Shown: piece after piece, positions 38,030-49,141 of the stretch
Layout: each line of letters begins with the position of its first letter
Position numbering within the stretch: position 1 is the stretch's first letter
Source: Octopus sinensis
Taxonomy: Eukaryota
DNA length: 64,000 nt
Reading direction: 5' to 3'
Assembly (NCBI RefSeq): GCF_006345805.1
Contig: NC_043003.1
Span: 23,064,001 to 23,128,000, forward strand
Translations under genes and position numbers: made by a program
The notes under the pieces: model-generated
What the model was told of the DNA's origin: nothing
The model's input: only the letters and a program-made list of their open reading frames with translations
The model's database searches: none

Positions 38030-38339
38030 GTATATATATATATAAATACGGATGAATATATACATGCGCTGAAGTATACACATACACACATACATTCCCT
38101 CCCCACACGCATACAGACGTATATCTATATCTCTATGTATATGTCAGTCTATATACTTGTGTGTCTGTCTCTCTTTACACACAGTCAAACCTCCTCACAA
38201 ACATGTATATATGTGTATGTATGCATATATATGTGTGTGTGTATCTGTATGTATACACACACGCACATACATACACAGAAACACGCATACATATATAGTT
38301 GACATTTACAGGAAAGTAAAAGACGAAGGCAGGTGTGTA

Positions 38340-38790
38340 AACAACATACGTGACCATCGGCCATCTTTATCTCTTTTCCTAACTTGTTTCTTTCTTTCTT
38401 ATCCAGCTGCAGAGATCAGGCGCATTCTTGTCTGTCTCCTCTGCAAGCTCGTCCCACCGCGTTCACCATCTCATCTCGTTTAGGCTTAGCAGCCCTTCCT
38501 GTTTGCTTTCACTCTCCTGTTTTTGTTACCAATTTTGACCCTCCGCAAAATTACAAATTTTATTTAATTTGCTTTGCAGGAGCAACTGTTTTGTCGAAAG
38601 CGTATCTTGTCGAGAATTGCTCAAAATACGGAATAGAAAAACAGCAGACAAATGATTAATAATAGTTCTTTATATTGCTCGTCTAGTTTTCCATTTGCTT
38701 CTTTGGTTGTTCGAAAGAAAAGTTCATATTCCATGTATTCGTATTTCGTATTTCATATTGTCTACGTTCTGTGACGTTCTGTGCCCGCAT
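38340..38790 (+). repeat. Unclassified interspersed repeat (homologue of 8690-9140)
   Basis: Same shared blocks, including tttgcaggagcaactgt. Confidence 0.6.
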
Positions 38791-38960
38791 ATGTATATAC
38801 ATACATATGTAAATATGAACGATTTCGAGTGTAGATAGATCTCTCGACCCCTTTGGAATCATTTAATTATATCTATAGTACCCCTGTATGCGCGCGCGCG
38901 TGTGTGTGCGCGAGGGAAAATAATATATCTCTTATGCCCCGAAGGGATGAAAAACAAAGC

Positions 38961-39238
38961 TATAAAAGTAGTTTTAGAGACAGAACCACCTTCAACTCAA
39001 TCAACACTGAAATATGTTATACCCGACCGCTCCATAAAATGTTAAATAGTAAATCTTATGCTAACTATATGTATTCTGAATCTCGTATTTTCCGTTTATA
39101 AGACTACACGAATACGGGATTCAGAATAGATAGAGTTAGTATAATATTTAATATTTAACATTTTATGGAGTGGTGGGTATCAAATCTTTCAGTGTTGATT
39201 GAGTTGAAGGTGGTTCTGTCTCTAAAAGTACTTTTATA
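38961..39238. repeat. Fold-back palindrome, about 130-bp arms
   Basis: tataaaagtagttttagagacagaaccaccttcaactcaatcaacactgaaa pairs with tttcagtgttgattgagttgaaggtggttctgtctctaaaagtacttttata. Inner arm tattctgaatctcgtatt pairs with aatacgggattcagaata. Confidence 0.9.
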
Positions 39239-39334
39239 CATACGAATTAAACATTCAGAGATGTTCATTTTAGTACATCTAATTTGAATGTCTTTTTCTT
39301 GTGTACTCGGAAGTAATATTCCCTAATAATTATA

Positions 39335-39386
<52 letters not shown>

Positions 39387-39394
39387 CACACACA

Positions 39395-39502
<108 letters not shown>

Positions 39503-40394
39503 CTTAGAATAAGTTAGAAACGTTTTAGCCAGTATTGGCCCAGGTCATGTTTTAGCCAGTATTGGCCCAGCACCACATAATATAAATTAGAGCTAAAACC
39601 ACTATTATGCAACTCAAAATATATTTTATATATTTATATTGTGAAATTTGATTTAATACTAAATTGAATTTTTCCCTGTAAGTTTGCAGTTATACTCCCT
39701 AATATTATATATATATATATATTACACGTACACACATACACACACATAATGATGGAAGACTACTGAATAACAATGAGACAGAGCCATTGTAGTAAATACT
39801 CTGTACTGTACAAAGTACTGTAATCTCACACAGGATGCGTAACTAGTTTGATCGCATGTGCTTCACTTTTTCGCTGCTTGCTTTCTCGATCAACTTACTT
39901 TCCACCTATCATAATAGCTAGCGATGACAGCTAGAGGGAAAGAGGGCTGCAACAGTTCCCTGCTGCTACTTATTACTAGTAAGTAGACTGGAACAACGTG
40001 CTATGAATTTTCCTACCCAAGGACGCTGCCCACCCAGTAATTGAACCCACTACACTACGATAGAAAGATCTACGCAGTAGCCGACGAGCATACATCTATG
40101 TTTGTTTGTACAAAGTAGTTCATAAAATGTTTATATATGAAGCTCTCAGTTTTATGTTGGGGGCATAACTCACTCTGTGTTTCTCTCATTATATACTAAT
40201 TATATACTCACATGCATATACATACACACACATATACACAAATATATATACAAACGTAAGGCATGTTTAAATAATTTTTCGAAGATGTTTCATCTGCTAA
40301 GGTCTTTTCACTGCATTTATCGTGAAGTAAACAAGTTATACGCGTAACAAAATTGTGTTAAAATCTCAGTCATCTTAGAGGCATCTCTATTACA

Positions 40395-40437
40395 CTGATG
40401 GATACATTTCGAACTCGTTAATTCTCTTCAGCATCAG
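40395..40437 (-). ncRNA. Minimal type I hammerhead ribozyme with a canonical core
   Basis: CUGAUG | CUGAAGA | GAAU(UAACGA)GUUC | GAAA | UGUA | UC | CAUCAG: 6-bp stem I, 4-bp stem II, self-pairing AUGUAU stem III, AUC triplet. Confidence 0.8.
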
Positions 40438-40762
40438 ATACTAAGAGAGCGTAACACTGAGCTATCCAGAAAGCTTTCCTTCCTTTATCGTAAATCAGTC
40501 AATATTATCGATCGATGACGCAAATTGGCCGCTAGACCGGAACAAATTGCTGAATAGGTGTATGAAGTATCAATGGAAAGTATACAAACTTAAGACATTT
40601 ATGCTTCAACTCCAGTGAAAAGACTTTACAGGTTCAAATGTTATATTTATAAGTTAATAACTTTGAAGCTATAAACTCATCATCGCTTATGCTCATAAAA
40701 CGGAAAGCATAAATCACACATGAGTGAATTCACGCACATGCATACATACATATGCGTGTTGT

Positions 40763-40803
<41 letters not shown>

Positions 40804-41160
40804 ATTATCATTATCATTATTATTTTTATACAAGAATGTTGTTGATAGTGACTTCGAAGTTTCGGCCAGCTAAGCCATCGTCTGTCTAAGAATAATAATT
40901 CGTACTCTACAAAAGTATAAAGTAACTCATCAGATTAAAGCAAAATTGTTTTTTATTACAAATGAACATAAAATCAAACATATAATAATAAAATAACGAT
41001 AATAATAATTTCGTTTTTGGATTTGGTTTGCAAGATTCTTTATATGAGTTCGTGTGTTGAAGTATATTCTGTTGTGTCTGGGGAGAGTCATTCCCTTTTA
41101 GTGCCTTATCATTTAACACACTCACCGGTAAAATTTCCACTTATTTCTTATTTTTATTTT

Positions 41161-41197
41161 CTAAAATTTTCGTTGCGTCTTGCAACCTTTTCAATAG
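41161..41197 (-). ncRNA. Minimal hammerhead variant with a U3-A8 core pair, inside the repeat at 41010-41205
   Basis: CUA | UUGAAAA | G-GUUGC(AAGAC)GCAAC | GAAA | AU | UU | UAG: 5-bp stem II, palindromic AAAUUU. Confidence 0.55.
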
Positions 41198-41907
41198 TCT
41201 TGACTCAATTATTAATAATAATGGAGGGTATAAACCCGAACGTAACTGAATTACCTCTGGACAAATATTATACTCCATACAGTAAAATGTAAACGAAACT
41301 GCTACAATAGATTGTAGAATGAATGAACATTTTAAAAACCACTATTCAACTGTAATACCAGTAGAGGTGATGATAAGACCAGAATTCAATTGATTTAAAA
41401 AGTAACGCTATAGCCTTTAACTGAATACCGGTGCAGGAAGTTTGTTTGAATTAGTTCACTTTGAAATCACCGTAAGTAATGGACCCTTGATGAAATTGCA
41501 GCGACTAGGATGCATAATTACGTACGGATTTAATGTGTAGTTGCTGCAATTGAAACATATGTTGGTCATTGTTTTATATATGCTGTAGAAAAGTTTTAAA
41601 GAAAATTTTTGGCTGTGAATATATGTCAACTCTACGCTTCGTTTTAAATTATATATATATAGATAGATATATAAGAAAACATTGATTAGAGGACATACAT
41701 CGAATTCTAGTCAACGACTTTATATAACACCACACTTTCATACATTTAATCATATATAAATATTACCATGGTTTTTAACATATAGAAATAATACATATAT
41801 AAAAAGCACAGAAGATAAAAAATATATTTGCAAATACAAATAAAGTGAATGTGAATAAACAGTTGAAGGTTTCCAGGTACGCAAATCCCTTCCAGAAACT
41901 CCTGAGT

Positions 41908-41959
<52 letters not shown>

Positions 41960-42119
41960 GGTTGTATACTGTCAATCTAACAAGAACGTGACAGTAGGGG
42001 GTACACTACCGTTATATAGCCCTAGGAGGCATCGAACGCCTCCTGACAGCTTCGACACATTTTATCCTGTGTCCTTATATACACATACGAAGGGGAGACA
42101 AACACCCCCAACCGCGGAA

Positions 42120-42177
42120 CTGCATCTAGGGACACCGTGTTTCAGGATCATTGTCCTTCATCGGCCTAGAGTAGCAG
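42120..42177 (-). ncRNA. Extended type I hammerhead ribozyme (U4C core variant)
   Basis: CUGC-UAC-UCUAGG | CCGAUGA | AGGA(CAAUGA)UCCU | GAAA | CACGGUG | UC | CCUAGA-U-GCAG: 6+4-bp bulged stem I, GUC triplet. Confidence 0.75.
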
Positions 42178-42342
42178 ACACCGGTCAGCTGGCGATATAT
42201 GTCTCGACTTCGTATTTGTATATATCTATAGTCAATATTTCTTATATATATATATATCAGAAATAAAGGATTAAGAAATTAAGGCTTTCCACGTGAATTG
42301 AACAATTAAAGATGTGATTTACTATATCCTGATATATATACA

Positions 42343-42898
42343 TATTGTGTTGTCCGGAAAGTTCGTGCCGATTTTTAAAGGGAAGAAAAATGTCAATAGT
42401 TACTTGCCATTACATTTTTAATCAACCAAATATGAACCATTTTGTTGCACAATGCGTCTCCATCTCTCCTTTAACTTGAAAATACCCTCTTCCCAGAATT
42501 GAGGTGATTTCATGGCAAAGAATTCATCAAGGTATCTTTTTACGTCATCCAAGGAATTGAAATTTTTTACCATTAAGACTATTCTGCAGAGACCTGAATA
42601 AGTGGAAATCCGAAGGAGAAATATCTGGTGAATATGGAAGGTGGGGTAACACATCCCAGCCGAGCTGCAGCAAATTTTGTCTGGTTCCTAAAGCATCAAG
42701 TGCCAAAAATGAACTTTCTTATCTTGCATTTTAAAAGGTTACAGAATAAACATAAACCTCCTTCCACGAAAAGATAGCTTAAACTGTGCTCTAAATAGAG
42801 GTGTAGTCAAATCCTGTTTTATGGACTCAACCATGTTCTAAAATAAGTCGAAAGGTAAACTACTATAAATCGGCACGAACTTTCCGTACAACCCAATA
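42343..42898 (-). mobile_element. Internally deleted mariner element with intact TIRs
   Basis: 32-bp TIRs tattgtgttgtccggaaagttcgtgccgattt and aaatcggcacgaactttccgtacaacccaata (2 mismatches), TA ends. The ORF KNFNSLDDVKRYLDEFFAMKSPQFWEEGIFKLKERWRRIVQQNGSY is a mariner C-terminus. Confidence 0.93.
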
Positions 42899-44746
42899 CA
42901 TATTTGTGTATATGTGTGTATGTTTGTGTTAAATGAAATGAGACAACAAAGCCAAGGCAGTTAGAAATATCCAGGATATTTATAAAAGAAATGTAGTCTC
43001 ACAGTTGTTTCAATTGTAATTGTAGTTCCATTATCCAAGGAATGTGCTGTGCAGAATGGGTAAAGATTTTTCTTGTCCATGTTATGTAAATTGCGATAGG
43101 AGTTCATATTTTGTTATTACAAATGAATAGTGTGCAGATATTAATTCCATGTGCTGTTCACTCAAAGGGATCTTGTAATGTAAATGAAATTCAGAGAATA
43201 TTCTCGTAGTGGCAAGTAGATACAGATAAGAGAAGAGATAAATATGCTAGAAGAAAAATCCGAGTGAGAAGTGTCAGCTTCTTCAATATGCGTCATTCTC
43301 CAATGTGTGACAATCTGTGACATTCTCCAATGTCCACCAATCTGTGGACATTGAATGCTTGAAATAAAAATTTTACGTCAGCTAGATTTGAAATGAAGAA
43401 GCAGAGACCTTCTGGCCAACGCCTTAACATTTTTGCCAATTTACTCCTTCTAACATAGGCAGGTGGAAGACAAAGGTCGAGCCCAGCAGTATTTGAACAT
43501 AGAACATAGAAAGGCATAATTAAATAGTACAAACAACTTTGCCCAACGCTCTACTAATTCAACAATTACAACAACCTGAAATAGTCTCAGCCTTTTGATA
43601 CCACTTCACCAGAAACCCCACCGTGGTAAGATGTTACAAAACCCTTGTTTTAAGATGATCTTAAGAAAAACCTTCCATATTATTTCATACTAATTTATGA
43701 CCGTAACACCAGCTAAATGATAACAAAATTAATTTGATAAATTTCATATTATTATCGAAATTAAATGAAACAAAAACTATGTATTCTAAAAGAAATATGG
43801 TAAAATAAAAGGGTTCAACTGAACTAAATTAAAATTGTTCATCAAACTTTCGTGCTAATTTATGTTCCTAACATCGTCTAAATAATGACAGTTTTGTTAA
43901 TAAATTTTATATTATTTTCGAATCCAAACGAAAGACCGAAACGTGATAACAAAAGGGTTAAATTAAAACTTTCCATCAAAATTTCATTCTCATATTTTTA
44001 ACGCCATTTCTATAATGACAAAGTTATTTTTATAAATTCGTTATTTGCAAAGTAAATTGAAACAAAGACAGCGTAATTTCAGCAGTAATATGGAAAGAAA
44101 ATAATTAATGGAATATATAGAAGGAAGTTAAGTCTATGTATTTAGCAAGATCATTTTCTATCAAGTGCAATTTCAAGTAGTATTTGTATCCCACTGGACA
44201 ATGATGAAGTGCATTGGTTTTATTAATGGATATTTCTAAATTACTGTACTTTAGGTAAAAACGCAGAAGTTTGTAAACTGCATAGAAATTTATAAATGAG
44301 CGATCTATATTTTTTTCATGGAAATAACCTTGGCGCATATTTATCAGTATTTTAATTATATTTATAACGTTGATATATGGTTATTATTATCATTATATTG
44401 CCATAATTGGCCATACTATACAATTCTCATTTATTAGAATATTGAGCATAAATTTCAATAGATTTCCTTATCCATAATGACAGCAGTTCTATGCTTTTAT
44501 CAGTTCTTTAAACGATATTTCCATTCATGCCGTTAAATTTTATGAATTTTCTCTCCTCCTCTCTTTTGTTCAGATATAATTTCGATAAGATATTGTTATA
44601 CGTTGTATGGGCAATTTAATTATATTGTTTTCGTGGCTATTGCATTTGTTTACGACCAAATCGTCCTTGGTCGAGTAGATCTATAACCAAAGATTCTCCA
44701 GTCGTTACCATCATGTCTGTTTTTGACACAGCACATTTTCAAATAT

Positions 44747-45020
44747 GTGAAGGCACACGGCCTAGTGGTTAGAGCAGCGGACTCGCGGTTGAGGGGTCGC
44801 GGGTTCGAATCTCAGACCGGGCGATGTGTGTGTTTATGAGCAAAACACCTAAGCTCCACGAGGCTCCAGCAGAAGGTAATGGCGAACTTCTGTTGACTCT
44901 TTCACCACAACTTTCTCTCACTCTTTCCTCCTGCATCTTGCAGCTCACCTGCGACGGACCAGGAAAACGGAAAACCGGCCTTATGAACTAGCCATGGCTT
45001 GAGAAGGAACAAACAACAAT
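44747..45020 (+). mobile_element. SINE family C, tail type 4 (deleted)
   Basis: Head ggcacacggcctagtggttagagcagcggactcgcgg; tail ggaaaaccggcc..atga..ctagc..ggcttgagaagg. Confidence 0.85.
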
Positions 45021-45285
45021 GTTCAAATATATTATTCAATGCAAAAAAGGTTTTTATGGCAATCTGAGTGAATACGTGGTAACACCGTCGATGATTAGCC
45101 GAAGAATTAGGTGTTAAATATATTTATCGAATATTTTGATTGGAATGACTTCGGATATGGTGGATAATCTTTAAGTAATCTACTATAGAAATATCTAGAA
45201 ATACCGGGCAACAAACCTCCATGAAATCAAAAACCATTGTCTGAGAAAAGAAAGCATTTTAAAAGTTTCTCTTTATGTGTGTGTG

Positions 45286-45346
<61 letters not shown>

Positions 45347-45615
45347 GTGTGTGTGCGTGTGTGCGCGTGCGTGTATACACTTGTCACCAGTTGAAATATG
45401 CTTCAGGCATATTCGAAACCATGGAGAAAATTTCTCGGTGCGGACAAATAGGTATAAACACATCGTGTCAACTAATAGCGCGCTCTTCACACTCAGAGAC
45501 CAGAAACACAGACGTTATGATCTGACATGAAGGACAAATCCATTCATATAATATTCCAGTCATCATTCAATCATTTGTTTCGCAGTTCAGTGGCTGAGCA
45601 TGAATAATAATAATA

Positions 45616-45684
<69 letters not shown>

Positions 45685-45853
45685 TGGGTTGACATCCCTA
45701 AGTAGTGATATGTATAACTACAAACTTGCTATCAGTTCAAATATGTATGGGATATATTAGAACCTGTAAGAACGCCTTGCACTGTATTTTGTCATGGACT
45801 GTAGACACATCGGCGTAAATACATCGACTCAGCTCACAGCGTCTCCTGAACGA

Positions 45854-45901
45854 CTGTGGGATGCATGCACTTCGGAGTGGTTATCTCCTCCTCAGCCAGA
45901 G
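45854..45901 (-). ncRNA. Hammerhead-like motif (A15.1G variant)
   Basis: CUCUGG | CUGAGGA | GGAG(AUAACCA)CUCC | GAAG | UGCAUGCA | UC | CCACAG: 5 of 6 bp in stem I, palindromic stem III. Confidence 0.55.
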
Positions 45902-45953
45902 AGAACAGAAAGGCAAATGCAACGAACTGACACGAAACAGAGGTCCCTTTTAT

Positions 45954-45986
<33 letters not shown>

Positions 45987-46046
45987 TATATATATATCGC
46001 TAAATCCACAAGTTTTTTTCTAAATCTTTGTTTATTTTCTCTTATT

Positions 46047-46082
46047 TTTTCTGTTGAAGAGCATAGGCTCGAAATATAAAAC
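46047..46082 (+). ncRNA. Minimal hammerhead-like motif (A6U, extra A after A9)
   Basis: UUUU | CUGUUGA | A-GAGC(AUAG)GCUC | GAAA | UA | UA | AAAA. Confidence 0.4.
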
Positions 46083-46222
46083 ACTTCCTAACTTTCCCGA
46101 GCGTCAAACTAATACGCCTTCTTGTTGTTCATACTTCAGTCTTCGTCGTTTGTTTTTCTATAAATTTCGACTATATTTATACATATGTATATATGTATAA
46201 ATATATGCAAATAAATGTATAA

Positions 46223-46294
<72 letters not shown>

Positions 46295-47369
46295 TTCTTA
46301 AGTAATGAGATGATGGATTTGGTAATAATCTTTATTTTGTTCAACGATCATTAAATATATATATGTGTGTGTTTGTGTGTGTGTGTGTATAAATATATGC
46401 ATATAAATGTATGTGTGTGTATATATATAGTTATATAGATATAGATATATATATATATACACACACACAATTTTCGTATACGTTTATATCTATTTGTATA
46501 TATAGATGTGAGTGTATATATGTGTGCATCCCTGTATGCGTGCGCGTCTGTTCGTGCGCATCTATAATATATGTGTACGTGTATGCTCACTATCATGTAT
46601 ATATGTATGCGATGCGTCTAGATGAGCAAATATACTTGGTTGTTTTATAACTCATATTCAACAATGAAGAAATAAAAAACAAAAGAAAATGGAAAATACA
46701 ATAAAACATTCTTCATCCATCACATCTTGCTGGCAGCAAGTTTAAAAATAATGAAAAGACAAAAAAAACTACAAACAAACAAAAAAAAAAGACAAAAACA
46801 AAGAGAAACCAAATCTTATTTGCATAACACACGATGGAGCATATCGAATAAACAATTCTATGTTATATTTCTTCCGAAAAAAAATGCTATCACGGTTCAG
46901 AATTAATTAAATCGAATTATACAAAAGAATTCCTATCACCAATAGAATGCCACATGTCTGTATATATTCAATCAAATTGTAAATGGTATTTTTGTTTGCT
47001 TTTTTTCTATGTCTCCCCCACCCCGAAAAGTCAAATGTAAAACTCGCGTTGAACTGAGAAAATAGAGCTTAAATTTAGCCAGAAAATGGACAAGCTTCTC
47101 TTTGCAATATTTGAAAGAAACTGCATCGAAACTAAAAAATGAGAAGCTCACCGGCTATAAAACCATAAAAGAATATGAATTAAGCCGTTTAGAATTAAGC
47201 GCATAGACACAGTTTTTGTGGAACCTGCCATCCGCTTCTTATAGCAATCTTCTATTCTATCCAGTCTGGCAGACTCGTTTGTAAATCGTTGGATGGATTA
47301 AAGCCTCACAACTGATATAGGCATAAAAAACATATAAAGGTGATAGATCGTTGAAATATATGGGAGAAT

Positions 47370-47495
47370 ACATTATAAGTGTGTGTGTGTGCGTGCGAGT
47401 GTGTGCGCGTGTGTGTACGTTAGTGTTTGTGTGTGTGTGTGTGTATGTTTGTATCCGTGCGTTAGTGTGTGTGTGTCTCTCTCTCTGTCTCTCTG

Positions 47496-47534
<39 letters not shown>

Positions 47535-47659
47535 GTTTTATATATATACATACACACACACTCACATATATATATGTATGTGATATATATATATATATAA
47601 TATATATATTATATATATATATATTATATATATATATATACATACATACATATATACAT

Positions 47660-47756
<97 letters not shown>

Positions 47757-47872
47757 ATATATAACACGCTCTACTCTATGATGCGTCGTGCATGGCAACA
47801 TATTGTTCCAAACGATAGACACACAGAAGACACTCACAGACACACACAAACACATACGCACACACACACACA

Positions 47873-47911
<39 letters not shown>

Positions 47912-48225
47912 AACATCCAACAACACATTTTGACAATTTTACATTAAAGGAAAAATGAGTTCTGCAATATGGCGAAAAATACAACTTCCGATGCTCCAGG
48001 GCGGATTCTAATTTCGATTATCGGTGATAGCTACTGTCACTGCATTTACGCCGCAAATAATTTCATGAGAATTATGAACATCGTGTTCCTTCCTCATCTT
48101 CAGTCCAATCACATACATAGGATTTGTGTTTGTGTGCCTAGCCAACATACACATATATTCTATGTTTGGCATGTATACGTGTTAAAACACGAGAATATAT
48201 ATTATACGTGTAATGCATACGTTTG

Positions 48226-48291
<66 letters not shown>

Positions 48292-48334
48292 CATATATTA
48301 TCTATCTATCTATCTATCATCTATCTATCTATCT

Positions 48335-48368
<34 letters not shown>

Positions 48369-48390
48369 GTCTGTTGTCTTCTGTCTGTCT

Positions 48391-48429
<39 letters not shown>

Positions 48430-48530
48430 CTCTATCTATCTTATCTAACTACCTATCTATCTATCTACTCACCTATTTCTCTCTTTCTCTCTCTATCTGT
48501 CTGTCTGTCTGTCAGTCTATCTATCTATGT
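47370..48530. repeat. Large compound microsatellite block (TG, CT, TA, CA, CTAT, CTGT) with a short unique spacer
   Basis: Direct tandem runs; these explain ORFs 47257-48692. Confidence 0.9.
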
Positions 48531-48591
48531 GTGTCTGAAGTAATTATATCTGCGCATATATGCACTGCTTATAAATGTGAAGTTACGCATA

Positions 48592-48998
48592 GGCGCAGGA
48601 GTGGCTGTGTGGTAAGTAGCATGCTTACCAACCACATAGTTCTGGGTTCAGTCCCACTACATGGTACCTTGGGTAAGTGTCTTCTACTATAGCCCCCAGG
48701 TCAACCAAAGCCTTGTGAGTGGATCTGGTAGACGGAAACAGAAAGAAGCTCGTCGTATATATATATATATATGTGTGTGTGTTTGTGTGCCTGTGTTTGT
48801 CCCCCCCCCCCATCATCGCTTGACAACCGATTCTGGTGTGTTTACGTCCCCGTTACTTAGCGGTTCCGCAAAAGAGACCGATCGAATAAGTACTAGGCTC
48901 ACAAAGAATAAGTCCTGGGGTCAATTTGCTAGATTAAAAAGGCGGTGCTCCAGCATGGCTGCAGTCAAATGACTGAAACAAGTAAAAGAATAAAAGAA
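48592..48998 (+). mobile_element. SINE family A
   Basis: Complete head, internal microsatellite and 3' end. Confidence 0.9.
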
Positions 48999-49141
48999 AG
49001 CAAAGAATAATATAGCGAAACATACACATTCATACACCCAAATACATGCATGAATACACGTATAGTACACACACTTATATACATAGACATATACATAACT
49101 AATATACATAGATACATAAATATATATATATATATATATAA

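Noticed and set aside
42030-42085. Second HHR in the 41957-42250 island (GACACA/UGUGUC-GAAG-CUG-UC)
   Set aside because: No recognisable CUGANGA core or stem I.
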